Source: Macrostomum lignano
Taxonomy: Eukaryota
Length of the DNA stretch: 64,000 bases
Assembly (NCBI GenBank): GCA_002269645.1
Contig: NIVC01000154.1
Location: 1 to 64,000, forward strand
Direction of reading: 5' to 3'
Under the pieces are notes generated by a model. That model made no database searches. It saw only the letters and a program-made list of their open reading frames with translations, and was not told where the DNA came from. Positions within the stretch are counted from its first letter, which is position 1. Every line of letters starts with the position of its first letter. Positions 48,042-60,643 of the stretch are shown here, one piece after another. The position numbers were made by a program, and so were the translations under genes.

Positions 48042-49172
48042 AGTAGATCCCGAATCACAGAGTAGAAGATCCCGAATCATAGAGAAGATCCCGAATCATA
48101 GAGAAGATCCCGAATCATAGAGTAGAAGATCTCGAATAAAAAAAGTAGAATATCCCAAATCATAGAGTAGAAGATCCCAAATCATAGATTAGAAGATTCC
48201 GAATCATAGAGTAGAAGATCCCGAATCATGGAGTGAAGATTCCGAATCATAGAGTAGAAGATTCCGAATCATAGAGTAGAAGATCTCGAATCATAGAGTA
48301 GAAGATCCCAAATCATAGAGTAGAAGATCCCAAATCATAGAGTAGAAGATCCCAAATCATAGAGTAGAAGATCCCAAATCATAGAGTAGAAGATCCCGAA
48401 TCATAGAGTAGAAGATCTCGAATCATAGAGTAGAAGATCCCAAATCATAGAGTAGAAGATCCCAAATCATAGAGTAGAAGATCCCAAATCATAGAGTAGA
48501 AGATCTCGAATCATAGAGTAGAAGATCCCAAATCATAGAGTAGAAGATCTCGAATCATAGAGTAGAATATCCCAAATCATAGAGTAGAAGATCTCGAATC
48601 ATAGAGTAGAAGATCCCAAATCATAGAGTAGAAGATCCCAAATCATAGAGTAGAAGATCCCAAATCATAGAGTAGAAGATCCCAAATCATAGAGTAGAAG
48701 ATCCCGAATCATAGAGTAGAAGATCTCGAATCATAGAGTAGAAGATCCCAAATCATAGAGTAGAAGATCCCAAATCATAGAGTAGAAGATCCCAAATCAT
48801 AGAGTAGAAGATCCCGAATCATAGATTAGAAGATCTCGAATCATAGAGTAGAAGATCCCAAATCATAGAGTAGAAGATCTCGAATCATAGAGTAGAAGAT
48901 CCCAAATCATAGAGTAGAAGATCTCGAATCATAGAGTAGAAGATCCCAAATCATAGAGTAGAAGATCTCGAATCATAGATTAGAAGATTCCGAATCATAG
49001 AGTAGAAGATCCCGAATCATAGAGTAGAAGATTCTGAATCATAGAGTAGAAGATTCCGAATAATAGAGTAGAAGATCCCAAATCATAGAGTAGAAGATCT
49101 CGAATCATAGAGTAGAAGATCCCAAATCATAGAGTAGAAGATTCCGAATAATAGAGTAGAAGATCCCAAAGC
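48042..49172. repeat. 22-bp minisatellite (GAATCATAGAGTAGAAGATCCC)
   Basis: About 51 copies. Confidence 0.98.
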
Positions 49173-49751
49173 ATAGGATTTAGCATCATATAGATGTAAA
49201 TCTACATGTAGGTTTGTAGATAAAAATATAAATGGAACAAACATCATCATACGAGTAGATAGACATCAAAGTCGATTTATTTTACACCAATATTGGTAGT
49301 CACAGTGCAGTATGTATACGATAACAAGTCTAATGGTTATACCTGGCAGTGTCACACCTATTGTGCCTCGGTGCAACCGCAATCCAGTTATATTTATGAC
49401 AATCTTAGCAAGTAAAACTCACTGAGTACAAGCAGTAAGGATACCCGATTCCTAAATATATACCAAGAGCAAATAACCGAATTTCCAAAGCACACAGAAA
49501 AACAATTATAATTAACAAGACTTAATTGTTTTGAAAAGCAAACTAACATTCATTAGATGCCTGATTTACTCTGCTTTTCCTTTTTCCTCTTCCGAAAAAT
49601 TCCAAAAGTGAACTCTCGGAAATTTTTGGCCAGCGAAATTAACATTCATGATGATACACGTTAGTGGATAAAGGTCATATGCAATAAAATAATTAACAAA
49701 AAACTACACGAGTTGACTCAAGAGAAGAGATCGGTGAAGACTTTCAGTTCA

Positions 49752-50293
49752 CCAGACAGTGTCACCAGAGTGTCACCAGATACAGTGTCACCAGATACAG
49801 TGTCACCAGACACAGTGTCACCAGACAGTGTCACCAGACACAGTGTCACCAGATACAGTGTCACCAGACACAGTGTCACCAGACAGTGTCACCAGACACA
49901 GTGTCACCAGACAGTGTCACCAGACAGTGTCACCAGACACAGTGTCACCAGATACAGTGTCACCAGACACAGTGTCACCAGACACAGTGTCACCAGACAC
50001 AGTGTCACCAGACACAGTGTCACCAGACACAGTGTCACCAGACACAGTGTCACCAGACACAGTGTCACCAGACACAGTGTCACCAGACATAGCGTCACCA
50101 GACACAGTGTCACCAGACACAGTGTCACCAGACACAGTGTCACCAGACACAGTGTCACCAGACACAGTGTCACCAGACACAGTGTCACCAGACACAGTGT
50201 CACCAGACACAGTGTCACCAGACACAGTGTCACCAGACACAGTGTCACCAGACACAGTGTCACCAGACATAGCGTCACCAGACACAGTGTCAC
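49752..50293. repeat. 15-bp (some 13-bp) minisatellite (CAGTGTCACCAGACA)
   Basis: About 37 copies. Confidence 0.98.
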
Positions 50294-50612
50294 AACCAAA
50301 TAAGTCACCGTCTCATTATAGAAATAAAGCAAAAACTCCCTTTGCATTCTGCAGTTTAACCTCTGCAGGGAGTTGACTAAGATGAGCCAAATTTTGCACC
50401 TGGACTCGACCCAGTCAATAATTCCAGTTGTTTCCAAACAAGAACAAAAATCTACTAAAGTCATTAACGTACTCAGAAATGTTCACAAACATAGCATAAA
50501 TATATCGATAGGGTAAAGCGGTAAATTGAAATGAATTTAACTAAGCAAAAAAACAAATAGTTAAGGAGAGAAGCATTTGTCGGCGATCTAGAAGTACAAG
50601 CTGTCCTTTTCT

Positions 50613-53600
50613 CTACTTCAAAAGCGACCACTTGAACTGCTCTTTGGCCTGCTGGAGAACCTGAAATACGTTAGATAAATAAATAAATTTAGATTAATTT
50701 GCGACTTAGCAGTAAAATTGCATAAAAGGTAAACACGTTAAAGACACTACTCATAGTAGATAGTCTGGTACGTACTAGTGTACTATAATGTAGCCGGGGA
50801 AAAAACACGAAAGCACAACTAATAAAATCAGTCTCGATTCTATTCAAAAAAATTATGGTTCGAATATAGCAATACGTATTAGAAGGCAAATATTCACTCG
50901 GGTATTTAAATGCGCATTAGAATTTTAAATTAAATAGTTATGAGCATTTAAGTCTAAATGCTGCGCCCACCACTCTATGAGGTAATTTGATTGGCTCATC
51001 TGGTAGCTGCACCTGCCACTCTATGAGGTAATTTGATTGGCTCATCTGGTAGCTGCACCTGCCACTCTATGTCATTTGATTGGCTCATCTGGTAGCTGCA
51101 CCTGCCACTCTATGAGGTCATTTGATTAGCTCATCTGGTAGCTGCACCTGCCACTCTATGAGGTAATTTGATTGGCTCATCTGGTAGCTGCAACTACAAC
51201 TCTATGATGTCATTTGATTGGCTCATCTGGTAGCTGCACCTGCCACTCTATGAGGTCATTTGATTGGCTCATCTGGTAGCTGCACCTGCCACTCTATGAG
51301 GTCATTTGATTAGCTCATCTGGTAGCTGCACCTGCCACTCTATGAGGTCATTTGATTGGCTCATCTGGTAGCTGCACCTGCCACTCTATGAGGTCATTTG
51401 ATTGGCTCATCTGGTAGACATCAATATACTTTATAGAATTTTATGTATTGCACGAAGTTAAGATACCAAAGCACTGCTAGTAAACATTAATTAAGCACAG
51501 AAAGTAGGTCGCCTTTAACTTCCCTTCGGCTAATAATACCACGTTGAATAAGATTTTTTCACCAAAACATTTCCAGGAAAAACAAATTACACAGGACAAG
51601 GGCATGGTGCATTATTCGAACGCTTACAACTGCCAATTGGTACAAGCAAAGCGGAGCTCGTTTTGAAGTTGGACTTTCCCACGGCTCGATCCTACACCAG
51701 GATCCCAGTCCCTAATACCAGGATCCCAGTCCCGGATACCAGGATCCCAGTCCTGAATACCAGGATCCCAGTCCCGGATACCAGGATCCCAGTCCTGAAT
51801 ACCAGGATCCCAGTCCCTAATACCAGGATCCCAGTCCCGGATACCAGGATCCCAGTTCCGAATACCAAGATCCCAGTCCCGAATACCAGGATCCCAGTCC
51901 CGAATACCAGGATCCCAGTCTCGAATCGAATACCAGGATCCCAGTCCCGAATACCAGGATCCCAGTCTCGAATCGAATACCAGGATCCCAGTCCCGAATA
52001 CCAGGATTCGAATACCAAGGTCCCAGTCCCGAATACCAGAATCCCAGTCCCGAATACCAGGATCCCAGTCCCGAATACCAGGATCCCAGTCCCGGATACC
52101 AGGATCCCAGTCCCTAATACCAGGATCCCAGTCCCGGATACCAGGATCCCAGTTCCAAATACCAAGATCTCAGTCCCGAATACCAGGATCCCAGTCCCTA
52201 ATACCAAGATCCCAGTCCCGAATACCAGGATCCCAGTCTCGAATACCAGGATCCCAGTCCCTAATACCAGGATCCCAGTCCCTAATACCAAGATCCCAGT
52301 CCTGAATACCAGGATCCCAGTCCCTAATACCAGGATCCCAGTCCCGGATACCAGGATCCCAGTTCCGAATACCAAGATCCCAGTCCCGAATACCAGGATC
52401 TCAGTCCCGAATACCAGGATCCCAGTCTCGAATACCAGGATTCCAGTTCCGAATACCAGGATCCCAGTTCCGAATACCAGGATCCCAGTCCCGAATACCA
52501 GGATCCCAGTCCCGAATACCAGGATCCCAGTTCCGAATACCAGGATCCCAGTCCTGAATACCAGTATCCCAGTCCCGAATACCAGGATCCCAGTCCTGAA
52601 TACCAGGATCCCAGTCCTGAATACCGAGATCCCAGTCCCGAATACCAGGATTCCAGTTCCGAATACCAGGATCCCAGTCCCGAATACCAGGTTCCTAATC
52701 GGCAATACTAAGATCCAAGTCACGAATCATTCTATCATGATTTCTAACCCTAGATTTTCGAACCTTACTTGTGTCTTAATCACGAATCACAGGACCAGAG
52801 TTCCAATTCGAAAATCTCAATTCAGAGTTAGAATTCACACCTTCACCAAAGCGTGTGACCGAGTGTACTAATGCTAATTAATGAGCCAATAGACGTGTCA
52901 CAGTTAAAGACGGTGATAAAAAAGATACACAATAGGTGACAAAACCCATCAAAACTCGAACTGAGCTATCTTACTCACCTGCAGTTTCTGGGAGACTTGC
53001 TATAAATAGACAGATATAATAGACAGGTTAGACGGATAGAGGTGACAACTACAGATTAACTAATTCAAATTGATACAAAATTAAACGACGTGCGGAACAT
53101 TCTAAGCAAAACAATATCAAAGCAAAATGTTATTAATGCAAAGAAGAACTGCATTTAGGACCAGAAATTCTTTTGGAATCTGACATGCTCCCTCTGACAT
53201 CTGGAACTGTATCTCACATGCTCCCTCTGACATCTGGAACTGTATCTGACATGCTCCCTCTGACATCTGGAACTGTATCTCACATGCTCCCTCTGACATC
53301 TGGAACTGTATCTCACATGCTCCCTCTGACATCTGGAACTGTATCTGACATGCTCCCTCTGACATCTGGAACTGTATCTGACATGCTCCCTCTGACATCT
53401 GGAACTGTATCTGACATGCTTCCTCTGACATCTGGAACTGTATCTGACATGCTCCCTCTGACATCTGGAACTGTATCTGACATGCTCCCTCTGACATCTG
53501 GAACTGTATCTGACATGCTCCCTCTGACATCTGGAATAGTATCTGACATGCTCCCTCTGACATCTGGAATAGTATCTGACATGCTCCCTCTGACATCTGG

Positions 53601-54720
53601 AACTGTATCTGACATGCTCCCTCTGACATCTGGAACTGTATCTGACATGCTCCCTCTGACATCTGGAACTGTATCTGACATGCTCCCTCTGACATCTGGA
53701 ACTGTATCTGACATGCTCCCTCTGACATCTGGAACTGTATCTGACATGCTCCCTCTGACATCTGGAACTGTATCTGACATGCTCCCTCTGACATCTGGAA
53801 TAGTATCTCACATGCTCCCCCTGACATCTGGAACTGTATCTGACATGCTCCCTCTGACATCTGGAACTGTATCTGACATGCTCCCTCTGACATCTGGAAC
53901 TGTATCTGACATGCTCTCTCTGACATCTGGAATAGTATCTGACATGCTCCCTCTGACATCTGGAACTGTATCTGACGTGCTCCCTCTGACATCTGGAACA
54001 GTATCTGACGTGCTCCCTCTGACATCTGGAACAGTATCTGACGTGCTCCCTCTGACATCTGGAACTGTATCTGACACCCTCCATCTGACAATTAATGACA
54101 TTCTGTACATCAAAACTTTTATGTACAATGAGGCCCCCCTGACGACATGGACAACTATTGGAAAATGGCATCACTAACAACAAGCCATAATGACAAAATA
54201 TAAACAACGAAAACTCGACATCATCTAGATTGAAGTCACGAACCTGCGTGACGGAGCCCTCCAACTGCTGCGTGTCGTCTAGTCTGGAGCCGACCCTGGA
54301 CACCAGCTGGATGCTGTCGGTCTCCAACACGATGCCGCTGTCGCACAGCTCATCGATAGCAAGAAATACCAAGTCCAAGCTATCCAACAAGGCGCGCTTC
54401 TCCACATTTTTCTTTAAAATCTGCGACACTGCATCGTACAGAGTGTTGAGAGTGTTAGATAAGATTAGTTCGTTCTCGACCGCGTCTCCAATCACGTAGA
54501 AGATTAGATCCACGTTGCTCTTGAATACGCAGGTGTAACCTTCAAACATGACTATTTCGGCGGCCAAATTCTTCGACGTCTTGGCAAATAGGCTGGTCTC
54601 GAATGCGCGCTGTTCTTTTACAGACGGCATCGAGTCTGCGCCATAGTATTTGGCAATAATGCGCCTCCCATCGTTGTCAAGGATGAGGATGGCTTTGATC
54701 GTGTGCAACGAGATATCCAG
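50613..54720 (-). CDS. COPZ1: Coatomer subunit zeta (clathrin adaptor small-chain family), about 174 aa; complement(join(54720 or 54717..54244,50660..50613)); start uncertain
   Basis: DISLHTIKAILILDNDGRRIIAKYY...CVFKSNVDLIFYVIG...ENELIL...ILKKNVEKRALLD...LAIDELCDSGIVLETD...EGSVTQ, donor CAG|gttcgt at 54243, then acceptor ttcag at 50661 and VLQQAKEQFKWSLLK*, matching the COPZ C-terminus. No in-frame ATG at the expected start. Confidence 0.92.
50965..51417. repeat. 46-bp minisatellite in the COPZ intron, about 10 copies
   Basis: CCACTCTATGAGGTCATTTGATTGGCTCATCTGGTAGCTGCACCTG. Confidence 0.96.
51694..52692. repeat. 21-bp minisatellite (ATACCAGGATCCCAGTCCCGA) in the COPZ intron
   Basis: About 47 copies. 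Confidence 0.98.
52979..52999 (-). CDS. Candidate 21-nt in-frame microexon (QVSQKLQ) in the last COPZ intron
   Basis: Minus strand ctaac (53027-53031) ...tatttatag|CAAGTCTCCCAGAAACTGCAG|gtgagt: branch point, acceptor, strong donor, phase 0-0. Confidence 0.6.
53177..54088. repeat. 33-bp minisatellite (TCTGACATGCTCCCTCTGACATCTGGAACTGTA) in the COPZ intron
   Basis: About 28 copies. Confidence 0.98.
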
Positions 54721-54761
54721 GAAATTGTCGATTTTGCGAAAGATGTATGCATTGAAGTGAA

Positions 54762-55258
54762 AACTGGGTTTTTGGTTTGATTTAAGGTCAAGACTGGGTT
54801 CTGGGTTTGATTTAAGGTCAAGACTGGGTTTTAGGTTCGATTTAAGGTCAAGACTGGGTTCTGGGTTTGATTTAAGGTCAAGACTGGGTTTTAGGTTCGA
54901 TTTAAGGTCAAGACTGGGTTCTGGGTTTGATTTAAGGTCAAGACTGGGTTCTGGGTTTGATTTAAGGTCAAGACCTTAAATCAAGGATTTAAGGTCAAGA
55001 CTGGGTTTTAGGTTCGATTTAAGGTCAAGACTGGGTTCTGGGTTTGATTTAAGGTCAAGACTGGGTTTTAGGTTCGATTTAAGGTCAAGACTGGGTTCTG
55101 GGTTTGATTTAAGGTCAAGACTGGGTTCTGGGTTTGACTTAAGGTCAAGACTGGGTTCTGGGTTTGATTTAAGGTTAAGACTGGGTTCTGGGTTTGATTT
55201 AAGGTCAAGACTGGGTTTTGGGTTCGATTTAAGGTCAAGACTGGGTTTGATTTAAGGT
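54762..55258. repeat. 30-bp minisatellite (GATTTAAGGTCAAGACTGGGTTCTGGGTTT) directly upstream of the COPZ coding start
   Basis: About 16 copies with one internal fold-back. Confidence 0.96.
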
Positions 55259-55414
55259 TGGGGCTGTGCTTTGAGCTTGGCTAGAGGTCAAGGTTAGCTC
55301 CTAGGTCAGGTTAGGGTTAATGTTATATTCTGTATATGAGAATAACATTTAATCCATCTTCTATTCTGGCTATATGAACTAGTAGTGAAAATTCAAAGTT
55401 AGACTAGTTATTTT

Positions 55415-55815
55415 TAAGGGTTGGACGTGATCACAATCGTGATCATGATTTCGTGAATTCACGACCATTTTTTTACAATCGTTATTTCCTTAAAACCCAT
55501 TCACGACAGTCGTGAATTTCCGATTTATTACATTTTTATTAGAAGTATAACTTTTCTACTTGGTTTACCAAAACATGTGAACACAAATGTGTAAAAGAGT
55601 AATAAATTTTAAATTTGTTGACTTGACAGCATTACCGAGTAGCTATTATCTATTTATAAATATTTCTTTTCTTGTTTTGTTATTTTCAACACTTGTAACT
55701 TACAAGCTCAAAATACGTGTATGCAAATATAAATTCACGATCACGATCACGATCGACTTTGAAAATTTCACAAAATTTCACGCCTGACCAAAATTTTCTG
55801 CTTGTCCGACCTCTA
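55415..55815. mobile_element. hAT (Ac-like) MITE, 401 bp, with TCACGA subterminal repeats
   Basis: TSD GTTATTTT (55407-55414, 55816-55823); TIRs TAAGGGTTGGAC vs TAGAGGTCGGAC (9/12); clustered ATCGTGA/TCACGAT motifs near both ends. Confidence 0.75.
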
Positions 55816-58800
55816 GTTATTTTAATTGATTTTGGATATAGAACCCAACTTTGAAAATTATGGTTTAATAAAAAATTAATATAGCATTAAAAAACTGCTA
55901 TTTAAAAGAATGAAAAAAAATAATAATTGATTTTATACCCTGTATTTATTAAACATTTTACTTATGACCTGGTAACAATGAAAATTACAATAGATTGCAT
56001 ACATTGAATTGTTGACAACTAATAATCTATTTGACATTTCTTCAATAATAAAATTGGAAGCATCATTTGCATCACCTGTTAAGAAGCCTTGTCTATTAGA
56101 TCTGGTACTGTTAATTGCAATTGCAATCTCTACTATTAATTGGTACTGGTACTGTTAATTGCAATCTCTAGAGCATTATGGACATTCAAGCATTCAAGCA
56201 TAAAACCTTAGAGATTTAGTATATTTGGATAGATTGTAATGAAATATCCTATGATTAGTAAATTTAACAATTGTACAAGTATGGCGATTTTTAATGGTAT
56301 ATTAGGAATTGGACAACAACAACTTAGTCACATATCATATACCTATGTCTTATCAAGGTATAACTTAATAGATAACAGCATTTAAATTTGTGCCAAGAAC
56401 AATCTGATCAAACAAAATCTATGCATTTAAACTTTTATTCATAAACAGAAAACAGTAAATAAATAAATTATATATTTGGAATAGTTGATAATGGAAATTA
56501 CAAAACTGTTAATACATAGGACTGAGAAAAAACCTTTATAGGAGTAAAATAGTGAGAATAGAATAAACAGTGCCATTAGACTGCTTAGGCCAGAAGTATA
56601 GTACATATACATATGCTACTAATAGTACAGAAGTAGATAGAGAAGTAGATACATTACCAATAGATATAAGTATAAGCATCAAGTATATACATTCAAAAGT
56701 ACATTAATAACTGTCAATAGGAGAATATAGGAATTACACCATTTTACCCATTTTACCCATGTAAAATGGATTTTATACTTGCGAGGGTAACATGGTATAC
56801 CTCTAGCATAATACTAATGACATTGATAGGATTATTCTAAGGGAACTTCTTATCCCTATGTCAACTTTGGTGGCAGCTTTAGGATATTTATAATAATAAC
56901 AATCAGCATCGTTATAGCTTGGTAAGTGCATTGGGATTTCTAAAAGAGGGAATATAGCCCCTGCTACATAATTAATAGATTAAATAATAAAAAATTCCAG
57001 AGTTTAAACTTTATAAAAATCTTGCTAAAGTCCCTACGTATGCCGTATGGTATAGACAAAAGAAATCATGCTTGGGCGCAACCTTGGGATTCACTCGGCT
57101 GTTTCTGTTAGCAATACACACATGTAAGGTGCTATTGGATGGAATAGTAGTCATGTGACTGCTCTCAGCCAATAGGGACTTACATGTATATGTTGCCAAT
57201 AGAAATGGCTGGGTGATTCCCAAGGTTGCACATGTATAAAAGACATATAGGTAATAGTATCCTATCAATTGAAAAAAAATTAAGCAAATGCTTATTTTAG
57301 GCAAAAATGATGTTTTCCACTAGCTAGTAGTAATAATGGTAGTCATAAAATATAATGAAAATTAGCAAATTTAGTTTTTATCTTTATAAAGTTTTTATTA
57401 TTTAGCTACTAATTAATAACCATTCCATATATAGAGTATAGTTAAAATAGCATACACTAGAAATTTTTTTGACGACAATATATCCACTATCTATGCCCTG
57501 TCTCTAATTATGATTGTGTAAATTGAAACAAACAAAAGAGCCCACTGGAACTATGTCTATGTTCAAAACTAATAATTCTTCATTCTAATACTAATAGAAG
57601 TCTAGAAGACTAATAAAACAGAACTCCAATAAACGACAAATTAGGAAGTCTAAAAAAGACAAATCAAGAAGTATATTATCCTTGCTTGTATGAGTTAAAT
57701 GTTTTACTTTTAAGTAACATTGAATGCACATGAACTATGCTGCTGCTGCACCAAATAGTAAAAAGAATTGCGATGTAAAGAAATTGAAAATGTGCATTGG
57801 CGCGTCAGAATTAATGAAGAATGAATAACAAAACAATACATAAAATAAAACTTTAAACTAATGTATTAGAGACAGGGAAAAATTTACAAATGAATTTTAG
57901 TATTTCAATTTGAAATAGCTGAGTATAGTAATTTGCCTTGTTATCAATGTGATGGATGGCGGATTTGTCGGTAAAATACATGGTTTGTTGACATTTTATG
58001 TCATAAAGGGATAAAGCCCACGTTTCGTGCGTGCTAAAAGATAGTAATTTCCTTAATTTTAGTAGTCTTGATTTAAGTCTTACTAAAACAAAACTGTAAT
58101 AATAACTTAAGACGAAGAAATAGAAATATAGTTAATTTTTTTTGCCACAAAAGCTTCAACATCTGTCCTTTATGCTCATTTCTGAACCAAATATTTATCG
58201 TTAAAGAATTTGTATACAGTGACCCACCTTTCTGCTTCAATTTGAAGGAGTTTTACTAAAGCAGGAAGGGCACTCAAAAATGCATACATGTATATCTCTT
58301 GGAAAATGTTGTAGGCGGTTGTTAACGAAAATATACATGCACACTAAACGAGCGTAGAGATGCCAAGGACCACTTGCAGTATACAGTGGTCCTTGCGAGA
58401 TTCATGCAGTAAAAATTCTAGAATACACAAGTTTGATCGTTGCAGTAGTATCGAATCTAGCAATTCTTACCGCATTACATATGTAAAAGTGTTGTTTGAA
58501 CGACATACAGACCGCCTGTTCACTCATACATGTACGAGTATATATGCAAATATATTCTTGCTTATCTCTTATAAATGTACACCATTTTGCTATTTTTCGA
58601 GCTGTGCGAAATCGATCCAGCTTTGAAGACAAGCAAATGTAGCTAATATTTTGCAAGAAATCCTAGCTTATAATGTAGTAAATTCCTTCCGTCACGGAAT
58701 GCGATCTCAGATACATGGTGGGTCCAACGCAATACACAAGTGGCTAGAGAAAGCTTAGGCTTATTTTAAATTCGTATACGAATTCGAGTTACAGATGGAT

Positions 58801-59671
58801 AGCTAATAATGATGCGTGTGTGGTGTGCTTAATCAGATACATGCTGCAGAGATTCATCGGACATATATGTGCACTTCAAGTGCACAAGATCGATATTGAA
58901 TTGTCCGAGCTATTTTTTAGCTTGAATCTGCAAGCCCTACTATGATTAACTAATCAATCAGTGGCCGGTTTCCACTTTCTACAGATGAGTTCGAATTGAA
59001 GCGAGCCAGCCAGATCAACTACTGTGTACGGCATGACTGAATCCATTAAAAAGCTATTCATATTTTGAGCAATCAACCTTGGTCTCCGGGGCGGAGCGAG
59101 CGCGTGCCTTCCGGTGAATCCTCGTTGGACCTGAACAATGGGGCCCGCACCTGTGAAAGTAGGGCAGCAGGTGGGGGCTCAAATTCAATTTCCTGAGCGC
59201 GGGACCGTTCGGCTTTGACCAATTGCTGCTTCAGCGAAAGCATCACGAAATAGAAGAGAGCAGCCATGAGAAGAGAAACCCCTCCATATCCCTCTCGTGC
59301 AACTCTTGTCATAGTTTTACCCTATCCAGACTGCCTCTGATCCCAGTTTCTGATCTCAATCCATCAATTATCTCAAACGGTTGAGTGGCTTTCGTGTTCG
59401 ATTCGCCGCTTTTGTTCTTCATCGTCGTCGATAAACAGCGAATCCCAGACATTTCCCTTCCCTCCTCTTTATCTGCCGGTCGGCCGAGAATCAAGAGAGG
59501 ACCACTTCAGAAAGTATTGAATATTTTGATTGGATACAGTATGAATGATAGCGGGCTATTTGTTCAATCAAAACTCTCGACTTTTTTCTCATCTTACTAG
59601 ATATGGAAAGTTGAGAAAACTCCGATCCAAATATTGGTTAAATATAATTTTAGCGGCATTACCGGTGTCAC

Positions 59672-60643
59672 TAGGGCAATATTAGAGACAGCAGGGCACT
59701 ATTAGAAACAGCAGGGCACTATTAGAGATAACAGGGCACTATTAGAGATAACAGGGCACTATTAGAGATAACAGGGCACTATTAGAGACAACAGGGCACT
59801 ATTAGAGACAGCAGGGCACTATTAGAAACAACAGGGCACTATTAGAGACAGCAGGGCACTATTAGAAACAGCAGGGCACTATTAGAGACAACAGGGCACT
59901 ATTAGAGACAGCAGGGCACTATTAGAGACAGCAGGGCACTATTAGAGACAACAGGGCACTATTAGAGATAACAGGGCACTATTAGAGACAACAGGGCACT
60001 ATTAGAGACAGCAGGGCACTATTAGAGATAACAGGGCACTATTAGAGACATCAGGGCACTATTAGAGACAGCAGGGCACTATTAGAAACAACAGGGCACT
60101 ATTAGAGACAGCAGGGCACTATTAGAAACAGCAGGGCACTATTAGAAACAACAGGGCACTATTAGAGACAGCAGGGCACTATTAGAAACAGCAGGGCACT
60201 ATTAGAAACAACAGGGCACTATTAGAGACAGCAGGGCACTATTAGAAACAGCAGGCACTATTAGAGACATCAGGGCACTATTAGAGACATCAGGGCACTA
60301 TTAGAGACATCAGGGCACTATTAGAAACAGCAGGGCACTATTAGAGACAGCAGGGCACTATTAGAAACAGCAGGGCACTATTAGAGACAACAGGGCACTA
60401 TTAGAAACAGCAGGGCACTATTAGAGACATCAGGGCACTATTAGAAACAGCAGGGCACTATTAGAGACAGCAGGGCACTATTAGAAACAGCAGGGCACTA
60501 TTAGAGACATCAGGGCACTATTAGAAACAGCAGGGCACTATTAGAGACATCAGGGCACTATTAGAGATAACAGGGCACTATTAGAAACAGCAGGGCACTA
60601 TTAGAAACAGCAGGGCACTATTAGAGACAGCAGGGCACTATTA
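59672..60643. repeat. 20-bp minisatellite (CAGGGCACTATTAGAGACAG)
   Basis: About 48 copies. Confidence 0.98.

Noticed and set aside
49713-50464. Several ORFs of 120-205 aa
   Set aside because: 15-bp array open in most frames.
51663-52871. 402-aa (NTRIPVP)n ORF and its antisense partner
   Set aside because: 21-bp intronic array; no promoter or splice support.
55900-57900. AT-rich stretch suspected to be a decayed transposon coding region
   Set aside because: No RT, endonuclease or transposase motif recognisable in any frame.
59073-59312. Minus-strand ORF region as a possible COPZ first exon (an MEGFLF start in another frame)
   Set aside because: No GT donor after the short N-terminal peptide and that frame stops after 14 codons.
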